From: Squalus acanthias | Lineage: Eukaryota | Direction of reading: 5' to 3' | DNA: 64,000 nt | Assembly: GCA_030390025.1 (NCBI GenBank) | Contig: CM059433.1 | Span: forward strand, 16,122,001-16,186,000 | In this document: in pieces, positions 38,315-52,091 of the stretch | Layout of the letters: every line of letters begins with the position of its first letter | Position numbering within the stretch: position 1 is the stretch's first letter | The notes under the pieces: generated by a model | Told to the model about the DNA's origin: nothing | What the model saw: only the letters and a program-made list of their open reading frames with translations | Database searches by the model: none | Position numbers and translations under genes: made by a program

Positions 38315-38792
38315 ATCATCTTCTTGACTTGCTATTATATGCTGCACCCAGTTCTGTGGCTCCAGATGGGATTATCAACTAACTTTTAATGTATTCACAA
38401 GTTAATGTATTCAATAGACCAATCCAGAAAAAAATTATATGCACCCTGTTCCTTTGTCAGGACAAATTTATCCAGGCTTGGGCCCCTCGCCTGAAATACT
38501 GCGAACAACATGTACATGAAGGACAGTCCTAGCCCTGTCAAATGCTGTTTGGGGATACCAACTTGGAGTTGAAAAGTTTTTACACTGCAGAGCTGTATAA
38601 TTCCCCTTCCCGCTTCTCTGTATTCCTTCATGATTGTTACGGTTAGGGAAATTTTCCCACCATGAGAGGAGAGTGATCTATTACCTCATCCCATGAGCAT
38701 TAACATGTCCGAATGCAAGAAGCCTAATTCTAGTGGCAACATTGACTCTAGCGTCATAGACATGAATCCCATTCAACCAATGCACATATTTT

Positions 38793-39640
38793 ACATAGGA
38801 TTACATAGGATATACATCACAGAAACAGGACATTCGGCCCAACCAGACCATGCCGGCGTTTATGCTCCACTTGAGCCTCCTCCCATCTTTCCTCATCTAA
38901 ATCTATCAGCATAACCCTCTATTCCCTTCTCCGACATATGCTTATCTAGCCTCCCCTTAAATGCATCCATATTATTTGCCTCAACTGCTCCCTGTGGTAG
39001 CGAATTCCACATTCTCACCACTCTCTGGGTAAAGAAGTTCCTTCTGAATTCCCTATTTCATTTTTTGGTGACTATCTTATATTGATGGCCTCTAGTTTTG
39101 CTCTTCCCCATAAGTGGAAGCACTCTCTCTGTATTTACTCTATCAAAATCTTTCATAATTTTAAAGGCCTCTATTAGGTCACCCCTCAGACTTCTCTTTT
39201 CAAGAGAAAAGAGACCCAGCCTGTTCATCCTTTCCTGCTATGTATACCCTTGCATTTCTGGTATCATCCTTGTAAATCTTTTCTGCACCCTCTCCAGTGC
39301 CTCTATATCCTTTTTATAATATGGCGACCAGAATTGTACGCAGTACTCCAAGTGTTGTCTAACCAAGGTTCGATACAAGTTCAGCATAACTTCCCTACTT
39401 TTCAATTCTATCCTAGTGCTTGGTTTGCTTTTTTTATGGCCTTGCTAACCTGTGTCGCTACTTTTAGCGATTTGTGTATTTGTACTCAGAGATCCCTTTG
39501 CTCTTCTACCCCACCCAGACTCGCACCCTCCACATTGCAAGTGACCTCCCTATTCTTCCTACCAAAATGTAATACCTCTCACTTATCTGTGTTGAAATTC
39601 ATTTGCCAATTATATGCCCATTCTGCAAGTTTATTAATGG
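38793..39640 (-). mobile_element. CR1 LINE 3' portion, well preserved
   Basis: Tail acataggattacatagga; the reverse complement encodes RQHLEYCVQFWSPYYKKDIEALERVQKRFTRMIP. Confidence 0.92.
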
Positions 39641-39831
39641 ATAGTTGTGTTGTGACTCCATCATGTGCTGATTTCATTGTTATTCATGCTATTTCCATTT
39701 TTTTTAACAAAAGGATGAACTTAAGTATTATATAAACAGCTTTTCTGTGAATCAAAAAAAAACCTAGGCCAAGATAACCACTGAATATTTAAATTACGTA
39801 GGTAGAACCCTTTTTCTTTAACTAAGATTAG

Positions 39832-39954
39832 TGGGTAGATTTACATCTTCAACACCAAATTTCAATGGAATGAAAATCAGGTGGGTTCTAGAAGTGGTAA
39901 GGCAATTCACTCTGCTAGATCATCACCCAGGCAGTGAAGACGAAAATCTACCCC
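39832..39954. mobile_element. Small (123 bp) MITE with 3-bp TSD
   Basis: TIRs gggtagatttacatcttca / tgaagacgaaaatctaccc; TAG on both flanks. Confidence 0.7.
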
Positions 39955-41261
39955 TAGCAGCTTTGCCTACAATGCAACAGGCAAAGCAAAATTAAAATCA
40001 CTATGTTGCTCCTGGACTTTAGTACTTTAAAATAAAGTTTATTTATTGATATACTGCGGTCCTCTTCAAGTCACCCAAATGCAAAATGAACAGATTTCAA
40101 GGCTCAATTTTTATAATAGGATTAATATATTCCATTTTTTTGTGGTACAGAAAACATACACAGCTATGCCATTTCCAGCACATACCAATTAGCACTTTAA
40201 GATAAATGGTAGATGTTCATCATTAAAGTTTCAACAGTCAGCATTAAGGATAATTTCTTTCTATCAATTTAAAATAAACACACAGACTTTCATTATCATT
40301 TATTTCATTTTTGAGATATGTGGGGAATAGAAACATCTTTGCACTCCAGGCTAATATAAAGGCTACATGTTGCTTGGGTTACATGCAGGATAAGATGCAG
40401 GGTAAAGCTCCCTTTACACCACTCCAACAATGTGCTTAACTACAATAGCATCCCTTACTGCACCTGTGTGATTCAGATCCTTTGGTCTCTCTGATGGAGA
40501 CTTATCAATTCATTGGCAAATCATAAGTATTTTTGCGCTGCTATCTTGCACCTACAAAAAGACTGAAACTGGTGAAATCAAATTTCACTTTTTAATCAAA
40601 ATTTTATTGCTGGCCACGATAGGTGATTTTCATCCCATCAGTTTGGGATGAAAACCTTGTCCCTGTCAAACTTGGGCAAAAACTTCTGAATATATTACAC
40701 AGACCCAAAACAAAAGAAGAATGCGGTTACTTCAAGAGTTTTGCACACAAAAAAGACACCCAACCACCATCACATGCATAATAGATTATGAGGAGGGAGC
40801 TAAAGATTATAATTCAGTTTTAAATTCTGCAGATTCATAAAGCTCCAAATGGATTACAAACCTTTCACTCCCTACACAACATCCACCCTATATATTGTGC
40901 TTTTAAACATATTTTGTTTAAGAGGACAAATTAATCAGTTTTCCAGTGGGGAAATTAGAGACACACACTTTTCAAACTTTAACTGGTAATGCTCATCACT
41001 GAAACTTTGCTACTGTTGAGATCCAGTATTGTAAGGAAACTTTAATGATACCTGGAAGTTGTGCCTCAATTATGATTAGTAGAGAATATACAATGGATGT
41101 AAACTGAAAGTCTAAATCATTTAATACCAGGAAACAAAAGATCAATTAAAACCCCGAACGGCACTTTAAAAATCCTACTCAATTGTAAGCTATCACACTT
41201 TCATCAAACTAGGGCATCTGTTGAAAACTAGGACAACTGTTGAAAATAATATTCTACTCAC

Positions 41262-41323
41262 CTCAAATTGCTTTCATCCATGCAAAGCATGTAATCAAAT
41301 GTTATGAAATCATCCTTGGTTAC
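41262..41323 (-). CDS. ACP1: ACP1 exon 4 (62 nt)
   Basis: ctcctag|GTA ACC AAG...TTG AG|gtgagt encodes VTKDDFITFDYMLCMDESNL(R); human ITKEDFATFDYILCMDESNLR. Phase 0/2. Confidence 0.97.
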
Positions 41324-41607
41324 CTAGGAGTTTAAAAAAAATATACTTAAACATCTGATTCTTTTTAACTATCACATTATTATATACTGTAATGGAATAA
41401 TTAAGTTTTGATTAACTATAAATCTCTCAAAACTATTATGTTCTGATGAATAAACCAGTGAGAAGCCAGTGATAACATTATTTAAATTTTGCAAACTAAC
41501 ATTACAGTAAACTGACATTGCCAAGCTAAAATGAATTAAAAACCATTCTGCATCATAGCCAGCCAAAGCAGCACAATGTCAGGTAGACATTTATATATTA
41601 ATTCTTT

Positions 41608-42055
41608 GGTGTCAGCCTTGGCTCAGTGGTACCGCTCGCGCCTCGAGTCAGAAGTTATGGATTCAAGCCCCACTTCAGGACATAATCTCGGCTGACACTC
41701 TTGTGCAGTACTGACTGAGGGAGTGCTGCGTTGTCAGATGAGACGTTAAACCGAGATCCTGTCTGCCATTTTATATGGATACAAAAGATCCCATGGCACT
41801 ATGTGAAGAGCAGGGGAGTTCTCCCTGTGTCCTAGTCAACACTTACCCCTCACATCAACACAGCTGAAACAGTTTAATTGGTCAGTTATCTCATTGCTGT
41901 TTGTGGGACCTTGCTGTGTTCAAATTGGCTGCCACCTTTCCCTACATTATAACAGTGACTGCACTTCAGAAGTAATTAATTGGGTGTGAAGCATTTTGGG
42001 ATATCCTGAGATCATGAAAGATGTTATATAAATGCAACTTATTTCTTCTTTTCTT
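41608..42055 (+). mobile_element. SacSINE1-like DeuSINE
   Basis: gtgtcagccttggctcagtggt head, Deu core and tail; colinear with the 25037 copy. Confidence 0.88.
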
Positions 42056-42409
42056 TAATGTATGTTCTTAAAAACATAAACATTAAAAACTGTAAATGAG
42101 TACTGGTTGATCCATGGTCTAGGTTGAAACAGGATTTATGGCAGTACAGTGGAAAGACAATTCTACAGTTTACAGACAGCAGACCTATATATTAAGAAAG
42201 TATCTAATATATTAAATTGTTTTACAAGAGTTATCCTGTTCAATAGCATCTAAATTTTATTTTTTTAATGCAATTTTTGCTTTATTTCTCAAAAGCATAC
42301 CATCAAATGCGGCTCCTACCAGCCTTCACAGTTCAGGTACATAAACAGACATTGTGGCAAGACTATACTGTCGCTTCCTGTGTAGCATTCTGCCAAGGAA
42401 ATCAGCCCA

Positions 42410-42990
42410 TTTGCCACTGAAACTGTCATTCATGCTTTTGTCACCTTGATGCTCTACGATTTCAATGTTTTCATGGCCAGCATCCTATCTTTCAATCTCT
42501 AAACTTTAGCTCATCTGAAACTCTGCTACCAATATCCTATCCTGGACTAATACTGGCTCGCCCATCACCCCTGTCTGTTCCTGTTGACCGCCATTAATTC
42601 TTGGTCACCGAACCCCTCAAATTTAAAATTCTCATCCTTCTGTTTAAAACCCTCCATGGGCTCACCCCTCCCATATCTGTAATCTCCAGCTCTACATCAT
42701 CTCCTCAGGGAACTCTCTTCCTCTAACTGCGGCCTTCTGTGCATCCCCCTCCCTCTTCCCCAACATTGGTGGATCTGTCTTTAGCTACCCAAGTCCTACC
42801 CTCTTGAACTTCCTCCCTTACCCCTCGCCTTCTCCATGTTCCTCTCCTCCTTTAAGACCCTCCTTAAAATCCATCTGGTCACCCCTCCGAATATCTCCTT
42901 CTTTGGCTCAGTATCCATTTTTTCCTTGCATTTATACAGCTCCATTAACGTAGAAACACATCTCAAGGCCCTTTAAAGATGCAAGTTGTG
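42410..42990 (+). mobile_element. L2-clade LINE 3' fragment
   Basis: cccatcacccctgtc...tttaaaattctcatcctt...ccctccatgggctcacccctccc, homologous to the 11470 and 26005 copies. Confidence 0.78.
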
Positions 42991-45639
42991 GCTTGATGTG
43001 ACAGACAGAAGCAGGCTAGATTAAAAAAAATTGTGCTTGGATTATGGTCAACACTGCAAGGCAGTAATTATTGCCCATCCCTAGTTGCCCTGACAGCACC
43101 AAGAGTCAGCCACATAGTATGGAACTGGAATCACGTTTAGGCTGGATCATGTAAAGATGGCAGGGACCCTTCCTTGAAGGACATTAATGAACTAGTTGGA
43201 TTTTTAAAACAACCCAGTAGCTTTCATTTTCTGGTGCTAGCCCACAAATTACTAGATTTATTGAATTCAGTTTCACAACTTGCCATGCTGGAATTTGCAT
43301 TCTCTACTTGTAGTTTGCTAATCCAGTACCATGCACAAAATGCAAACATGCCAAGGTGATGTGCAGGACATTCATCAGTACTCACTGTTTAAATTAAACG
43401 AAAATATTTCAACAAGTTGTTATGATAGACAAAACAATGAGTTAATAACCATTTCATGTTTTAAAAAGGATAGTGAGAGTCACTTTTTATAAAAACAAAA
43501 AGTAATTCTACAGGCCTGAACCAACATCCAATTTAAAAAAAAATGTTTATAAAACTTCCAATTTTGAAAATCAGTCTTAGATCCAAGGAAAACAGTTATC
43601 ATTGCAAATATATATATTTTTAAAGTATACAAGAACAGAAATAATATGCTAATAAGTCAAGAAATGCAATACATCATTCTTAAGACACTGTATGCCCAGC
43701 CCCGAATGCTTTAAAAAAATAAATCAGATGATCTTGCAGTTTGAAAACCTGTCAAAAAATAATTTTTTTCCAAAAGCTCTACAGTCGATCAGCCAACATT
43801 TAGCAGAATTTTTAAATATCTAAACCCTAACTCTGGCTGTTACAAGACATCCACTTAGCTCCTTCCCACAGCAGCACAGCCAAGACTGTCAATTGTGTAG
43901 TGAGGGAAAATCAGATATGCTTTCCTTTACTCAGTGGTACTACAAGCTATTATCCAACACCACTGAGGCACTGTATAAAACACAGATTTGGTTTTCCTAT
44001 ATTCCTTTTTAACAATTCAAATTCTTATCATTTCTTTTAAAATTTCATTGTATCCAGTTTGTTTTCATTTTTAAATTTTGTTTAGTTTCTCAACACTTTA
44101 AAAACTAATTGCTGAAATACTGTCTGTTCCCTCCACAAATACGGTTTGGCCTGTTGTGTGTTTCCAGCCTTTTCTGTTTGCACTAGTGAATAATATTTCA
44201 ACGGCACCATTCAATAAAGCAAGTGGTATTCAGACACTGGAAGACATTCACTGGACCACAAGTAGTTTTTTTTTTTAGGAAAGTAAGAATTTCACTGTAT
44301 ATCAAATTTTAAAATAGGGTCCTCTGGAACAGTAGGACATTGACACTGTGTGGCTAAGGAGCCATTACTGTTTTTCTGTGAAGAATATGCCTTTCAAGTA
44401 AATGGGTGGTGTAGTAAATGTTTTTGTATCACTATCTTAACTCCTTCGATACTGGCCTTTTTTCCCCCCATTTTTCCATTGGAAACAAAAAAGGTCTTTT
44501 CTGAAAGTGAAGATTCAGAACCTATGCCCATACTGACCATACAAAGATATTAAAAAGTGCTAGGTATGCAAAATTGCAGATGTAATAGCTGAACATCAGA
44601 TAGGCAAATTACATGTATCCATCAACCCACAAAATGTGGTACCTCTCAAATATTTTCTGTTACTATACAGGCAAATTTATGAAAAAGACATAGTCTTGTT
44701 GTGGGCTCAGCTCTCCAACAACGGTAATAAAGTATCAAGAAAAATCATCATAGATCAAACTAGAAATAGATTTTCTAGTTTGAGTGGCCTGAATCTTCTG
44801 TGTTGCTTTTGACACCTCCATCATTCAATAAGTGGCTGAAAACATCAATGGATTTAGACACTGCAACTCAGAACTGCATGTGTTGAGGAGTTTCTTTGTA
44901 GCAGAATGTACTGTCTCTCTCCAAAACAGACATACTTCAAATATTGGGGCGGTATTAGGCATTCAAGTGTAAATCCCTCTCAGTTAGAGTAGCATTGGCA
45001 GTAACAAATTGACAAAGGAAGGAACAAAATAAAAATGATGGGAAGGGTGGCAGCCAGACAAAATCTTAAAAAGTGCGTCAAATATTTTGCAATGCAATAG
45101 TAGTATGCTTTCCAATTTTACAGTTTATTCAGGCTTAAACATTCAGCGTGCAGTCAAATTTCAATTATTTTTTAAGACAATTTAGTGCTACTTTGTGGTA
45201 CTACCCTGTTGAAGTGTTTTGATTTTTCTCCTTCCAGTCATTGTTGTGACCAGTAGCCTAAAGCCATTTAGTTTACTTGCACAGTTTTTATTTCCCTTCC
45301 CTAATCTTAGTCTCTTGCATTTGCCACTCATTAACCCACCTTCCCAACCTATCCTAGGTTTGCCTATTCCCTATTGAAATCCCTCCCAATAATCTCCTCT
45401 ATGAACAAAGAAAAGTCATTTAGTATATTTGCCCGCCTTTAATCACTTTTGGGAACTTTCAACGGCTCGTTTCCTTTTTCACCTGCTCGTCACAAATTGA
45501 CATTTCTTTTAATATTGCCTGCTATCCTGACCTGTTTTTAAATTTAGCTTTCCTGGCTAGTTTCTTCATCTTTTTTACCTTGTATATTTGTCTCGATGCA
45601 CCATGTTACCTACAGCTTTATACACGGCAATGACTGAGA

Positions 45640-45740
45640 GAAGTTGGCTCCAGTTCCGCAGAGCTATTTGCAGATTTGTGCCATTTGCTGCAAAGTCACT
45701 TCCTCCCTTAACTTTTTTGCTGCTACCTCCCTAGGCATGC
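45640..45740 (+). pseudogene. Short Harbinger transposase fragment
   Basis: Frames give ELFADLCHLLQ and KVTSSLNFFAATS, resembling KVTTALKFFA at ~19240 and IVTTALNLFAS at ~56100. Confidence 0.45.
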
Positions 45741-45987
45741 TACACTGCTGTCCACTAGAGTGGCTGGCTTGGAGAAGCAAACTGCATAATCACCCTTGCA
45801 CTCACCTCATGCAGCAGCACCTTCACCTCAACCATCAAACAGGGGATTTGGGTGCTGCTTCACTCTAAACTCCTTCCCACAGATTCAGTTTCCTGCCTCC
45901 ACATTTATTTTGCCAGCCAGGTGACTTACCACTGCTACAGGTATAATGTGCAGTGAATCAAAATGCAAGATAGCCACTGAAATGATT

Positions 45988-46729
45988 GGCCCAGAAATTA
46001 AACACTGAGTGTTAACGCGGGGGTAAGGGTTCCCCGCGATATCTCACTCCGCGCCTACCTTTTTCCTCCGGGCCCACACGAACTTTAGTTTCAAGGCTGC
46101 AGCTGTGCAGTGCTTGCGTGACCCAGAGACGCAATTAGTTTGTGCGAGCTCTAGGATCACGTGATTCAGTTAGAGCCAATGGCAGCACACCATCTTTCAT
46201 TCATAGTTTTCACAGCAAGAGCTATCAAAGCTATGAATACTATACCCCCCAAAAGAACAGCTAAACCTCAATTTAATTTAAAAAAAAAGTCATCACATTA
46301 ATAAAATAAAGTATAGCTAAATAAATTAACCACTTTAAACAAAAAATTAAATTTTTGAAAAAATTTAAAATCTTTTTAAAAGTTATAAAAATAAACTTAC
46401 CTTTCTTTAAAGTCTCTAAAAAAGATAAACCTGTTGAAAAAAAATTAAAATACTTAATTAACTACTTACCTTGTTAAAAGAGGGTCTTACGCCTCCTTTC
46501 TTTGTGTGTAAAATCTTCCATGCTTACCTGCGCGTTCAAAGCACTAAGTGCACTTTGTGCGCGCAGCCTGTAGCGCGCACGCGGTTCACTTAGGAACCGC
46601 CCCCTTTTGAATTCACGAAGTGCCGGTTTCCCGCGCATGCGCGGTGCATGCTGGAAACTGGCAATTGGAGACCTAAAACGCGAGAGTACACAGTGCGTAC
46701 TCTCGCGTATTAGGTCTAATTTTCGGGCC
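45988..46729. mobile_element. PIF/Harbinger-type MITE related to family 2
   Basis: TIRs ggcccagaaatta / taattttcgggcc, flanks att/gtt; subterminal hairpins at 46621-46663 and 46669-46717. Confidence 0.85.
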
Positions 46730-47921
46730 GTTATCGGAGTGATTGGATTAGTTGATTTTTGCGATAGCAGCTGCTTCCAGATTGGTAATTGGTGGGGGTG
46801 GGGAGGGGGATCACGGTGGGGGAAGGAGGTGAGGGCGAGGGAATTAAGTGATTCAGCAGGCTGTTTGTGTGGCTTCTTCATTCCAGATTGGTAGCAGCAA
46901 CCTTTCATACCCATCTAGTGAGAATCAGAGAGGTTACCTGTTCAGTTTATCCATCATTAAAGTTTTGTTGATGAATTGTCCTGCTTTGCAATCAACACTT
47001 TGGGTGCGATGTATAAATGTGCTAGATGCACAATTTTGAATGTGAAAGAGAGACAGATGGAGAGATTAATTTTATTTAAATATTAGCAGATCTCCCATGG
47101 CATTGCTCAGTGACCCAGAGGTTATGTGGTTGCAAGAAGTTGGGGTTGCTGGGCTGCAGAATTGAAAGTGGAAGCACATCTCCAATGAAAGGATTTGGGA
47201 AGCTTGTTTGGGAAGCTTGTTAAGAGATTTCCCCAAAGGAAAGAAAGTATTTTTAAATGGTTCCTGGAAAGTAAATAAAATGGTATCTTCCTTACCCACT
47301 AATCTGTGTTTGGCTCTCATTGTACTTTTGACTAGTTTCAGGAAATTAGCTAGCACATAGTACACTTTTGCTTTATTTGTTATCTCAGAAAAAGTTAAAG
47401 AATTCATGCTTTAACATGTTATACCAAAAAGAAAATCAAATTCCAGTCACTGTTCCAAAAAGTGGCTTCTCGGAGGGTTTTGTTCTCAGTAAATTTCATC
47501 AGAGGGAATGGGATTTAGTTGGCATATCCTGGCACTCTTGCTGTTGATTACAATAACTTGTAGGCACTGGTGCAAGCTGGGCTGTAGCCTGCTGCTCTGT
47601 TAAGCTTCTTCAGTGATTCTGGGAACCTGAGCGAACTCAAAACCCAGGTTTTGCATATAGGCGCATACATCCTTGTTGCATGCATTTCAACCACTGAAAA
47701 AGCTATTATATAGCCAAGTTTTTCTTGTAAACTTTATAAATCTTATTTTCATCAATCAAAAGGTTTTTCAAAAAAATTTTTGGAATGGTTTCACTCAAAG
47801 ATCTGTATCAATACTTTCTTTGGAGTATTAGTTGTAACAATATTCATTATAACTTTTACATAGAGAAAAATACCGGGCCTGAAGTTCTGTAAATTAGCTT
47901 TCTATGGGGAGGTAGGGAATG

Positions 47922-48163
47922 CAGAAAAAACTTCTTTACCCAGAGTGGTGAGAATGTGGAACTCGCTATCACAGGCAGTAGTTGAGGCAAATAGTATAGA
48001 AGCATTTAAGGGGAAGCTAGATAAGCATATGAGGGAGAAGGGAATAGAGGGTTATGCTGATAGAGTTAGATGAGAAAGATGGGAGGAGGCTCAAGTGGAG
48101 CATAAACGCCGGCATGGTCTGGTTGGGCCGAATGGCCTGTTTCCAGGCCGTATATCCTATGTA
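47922..48163 (+). mobile_element. CR1 LINE 3' end
   Basis: Nearly identical to the reverse complement of 38793-39040. Confidence 0.9.
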
Positions 48164-48193
48164 AAAGCCAAGATTTACGGTAAATTAACCGAT

Positions 48194-48866
48194 ACAGCAG
48201 CAGGCAGTTAAAAAGGCAAATGGTATGTTGGCCTTCATAGCGAGAGGATTCAAGTACAGGAGCAAGGATGTCTTGCTGCAGTTGTACAGGGCCTTGGTGA
48301 GACCACACCTTGAGTATTGTGTGCAGTTTTGGTCGCCTTATCTGAGGAAGGATGTTCTTGCCATGGAGGGAGTGCAGCGAAGATTCACCAGACTAATACC
48401 TGGGATGGTAGGAATGACGTATGAGGAGAGATTGGGTCGATTAGGCTTATATTCGCTAGAGTTTCGAAGAATGAGAGGGGATCTCATTGAAACTTATAAA
48501 ATTCTAACAGGACTAGACAGACTAGATGCAGGAAGGATGTTCCCGATGGCGGGGGAGTGCAGAACCAGAGGTCACAGTCTAAAGATAAGGGGTAAGCCAT
48601 TTAGGACTGAGATGAGGAGGAATTTCTTCACCCAGAGAGTGGTGAACCTGTGGAATTCTCTACCACAGAAGGCAGTTGAGGCCAATTCATTAAATATATT
48701 CAAAAAGGAGTTAGATATATTTCTTAAGACTAAAGGGATCAAGGGATATGGGGAGAAAGCAGGGACAGGGTACTGAATTTGGATGATCAGCCATGATCTC
48801 ATTAAATGGCGGAACAGGCTCGAGGGGCCGAATGGCCTACTCCTGCTCCTATCTTCTATGTTTCTA
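48194..48866 (+). mobile_element. Young 5'-truncated CR1 LINE with uninterrupted ORF2 C-terminus
   Basis: 183-aa ORF 48225-48776 (LYRALVRPHLEYCVQFWSPYLRKDVLAMEGVQRRFTRLIPG...RNFFTQRVVNLWNSLP) and the CR1 3' hairpin/tail. Confidence 0.95.
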
Positions 48867-48959
48867 TACTGCTGTTTCAAACATGCTTAGACATAGCAAG
48901 AGTTGATGTTGTTCATCAAAAAGAGATCAGCTTCCAGAGGTTTTCATCTTTAATTTTCT

Positions 48960-49420
48960 ATGCGGGCAAAATCCTGAATGAAAATATAGCGAGGCATTAT
49001 TCAAACCTATCTGGTGTCAATTGGCCCGACTCTGCCACAGTTTCTGGCCTACAGCCTAATTTAATGGGGTGAGCCCCTGGTGTCACGACTAGCACTAGTT
49101 GGGAGCTTGACCACTGGGGGTTCCTGCAGCAGTTTAAAGGGCAGCCACATAAATGGTTTGGGAACATATCGGCAAGGTTACCATCAAAAATGTCTGCAGG
49201 AAAGCAGAAACCTGTAGGTTCATAATTGTGACTGTGGAAGTGCTGTTGGAGAGTCAGGCAGGAAAAGGATGCACAGTTTGGAATACTTGTGAAAGGTGGT
49301 GGCCTGGTCAGTCAATGGCAATGCCAATGTTCCAAGCACAGCAATGCAGTGTCAGAAAAAGTTTAACATGCTTTCAGACCTGTCACGCTAAGTGAAGCCA
49401 TTCTTCCAAGAATGCACTAT
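48960..49420 (+). mobile_element. Very old Harbinger left end / Myb-like remnant
   Basis: gtggaagtgctgttgg (VEVLL) and atgcagtgtcagaaaaagtttaac (MQCQKKFN) parallel the 16835 ORF. Confidence 0.45.
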
Positions 49421-49774
49421 AACAAGCATGGCTTTCACATCCAATGACCACCCCTCAATGTATTAAAGTGCTTGGATTTTTTTGTTGTTGCCATCAATGC
49501 CCAGGAGACTGTGTGGAACCCTTTACACTCCCAGCCTTCACCCGAAAAGTGTTCCTTCAGTCACAATTTTACCTGCAATCACCCTCCTAAAAACATGAAA
49601 TCTAATGGTTTGGTGGAGGCAGCTATCATCACATCCATGATGACTGCAGAGTGATACCTGGATTTTACTGTATGTCATAGTAACCCATGCTAATTTCCAA
49701 TTTTCACGACAGCCCATTACACTAGAGAAAACTGCAACAGGTGGACCCCTAAACCTTTGTCCTCTTACTCACTG

Positions 49775-50214
49775 AAGAAAAAGACTTGCATTTATATAGC
49801 GCCTTTCACGACCTCAGGTCATCCCAAAGCACTTTACAGCCAATGAAGTACTTTTTGAAGTGTAGTTACTGTTGTAATGTAGGAAATGTGGCAGCCAATT
49901 TGCGCACAGCAAACTCCTACAAACAGCAATGTGATAATGATCAGATAATCTGTTTTTGTGATGTTGATTGAGGGATAACGATTGGCCAGGTCATCTCTGA
50001 AATAGTGGCATGGGATCTTTTACGTCCCTCTGAGGGGGCAGACAGGGCCTCGGTTTAACGTCTCATCTGAAAGACGGCACCTCCGACAGTGCAGCGCTCC
50101 CTCAGCACTGCGCTGAAGTGTCAACCTCGACCTTTGTGATCAAGTCTCTGGAGTGGAACCCACAACCTTCTGACTCAGAGGTCAGAGTGCTACCAACTGA
50201 GCCACAGCTGACAC
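49775..50214 (-). mobile_element. SacSINE1-like DeuSINE, well preserved
   Basis: Reverse complement of the 25037 copy, from tail gacttgcatttatatagcgcctttc to head gtgctaccaactgagccacagctgacac. Confidence 0.92.
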
Positions 50215-52091
50215 TTAAGAGGATGTTCTCCAAATTTCATGGAGGGAGATGGAAATGCAGAGGGTAGCTGCCAGCTTCAGGACTGTGAAGGCATTCTACT
50301 GCTGCTCTTCTTTATGTACCTCATATTACTTGTCAACAGACTAGATCTTGAAACTAGTACGTCACTGCTTCTACTGAAAGTGATGTGAACTTTGCTCCTC
50401 AGCAACCCATTTTAACTACTCTTCTCTTTCTAGGTATCAGAGGAAACAGAATCAGGCACCAGTGGTACTGGCTCTGCCAACATTCCAGAGCATGTGGTGT
50501 AATGCATCCTCTCTTATATGCATCAGCCCAGAGACTCTTGAAGGGGTAATTTTAACTTCCCAGGACGGGCAGGATGGTTAAAAGTAAATCGGAAACCCTA
50601 CCCCAATCCACCCACTTCCAGGTTTTAATGGAGGCGGGTTGCGGTAAATCTCCCCCCGCCTCCCCGTTATTACCGGGGCCATAATTTCATTGACCTTTAA
50701 TGTGTGTTAGCTGATGACTATGATGGACCTATACATCACTTGATAGTTTGTAGAATCATGTTGCTAAAGTAATACAGTACATTAAAATAGACCAACCACT
50801 CCACCATATTATAAATTCACAGACCAATTACTGCCATACTAAAAGTTAATTTGGCTTCCACTGGCAGAAAGCCATAAACTTCAATTTGCAACTTTAGAGA
50901 GTTGCACCTGTTGAACCTATTAATAAACTGATCCTCAATTCCTTGTTCATCTGTTCATACTCTTATCTCATCATAAATGGGCTTTTCAATATGTTCAAGT
51001 TGTAGTTGCCCCTTTTCCTGCCAATCAATGATCACATATTCCTTAAGATACCTAAAATCATGTTCAGTTAGAGTTGAACTATCTTGCATAAACATTTCAA
51101 ACAAAATATCAAAAAAAGTGTCTGGCCTGCTGTAGCTATAATGCAATCCAAGGATATCTGTCTACATGTAACATTTTCTAAAATTGATCTTTTGCCAATC
51201 TTAAAATTAGCTAAAAAGCAACAGATATAGATTATATTTGTAACAATGAATCTAGCTAAAAAAATAAATACTTCAAGAACTTAGGATTTAACTGTTAAAT
51301 ACTGTAGATATGGCTTCCAAATTTTAGGCATATTAAAAACAAAGTGTGTGTAACACTTCCAATATAATTTGCAATAATGTAAAGGACTACATCTACTTTT
51401 ACAGATTTATATTACATTTCCTGGAATATTTCAAACAGGCATTTTTTTCATGTTGTACTATTGGTGATCTTTTTTGATTACAACAGCTTGCCCATTTGGA
51501 AGATATAAAAATTCTCATTAGCCTGCATCACAAAAGTATGCTCATCAACAGCATCACAGAATGCAGATACATATGGAAATGTTATCTACCCATATTTTAA
51601 ACTTACTTTAAATACACACAAAACATATCTTGCACCATTTGGTAAAGTTACAACCACTTAAAAGAAAAAGCTGATCTTGACTGATGCAGGCATGCACAAT
51701 GATTCTGGAGTTCCATTTGTATTTGTTCAGGAAATAAACTACAGAATAGAATAGGTGTGTTGTTATTCACTAAACTAACTTGTCAAATTGCTTGCCACAA
51801 CAAGGCTTCAGATTAGATTAACTTTAAGGCATACTGAACTGACAAGACACTAAATAATTCTACTGTATCAGTCCTTGGGGAAAGAAAGAATAACGTCATC
51901 AACATGTCATGGGTTTACATTAATCCTATCAAAATGGCTCAGAAAAATAGAAAAAGTACAAATGAATAACTCTTTGTAAGCTGAAACAAATATAGCAGCA
52001 CACTGCTCCGTAAATCAAGATAACATAAATGTATTAAAGCACACAAGTTCACATCAACAAAATTACCAAATGCTGATAACCAATACTCATG

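Noticed and set aside
48225..48776. 183-aa intact ORF as a host gene
   Set aside because: It is the ORF2 C-terminus of a 5'-truncated CR1 LINE.
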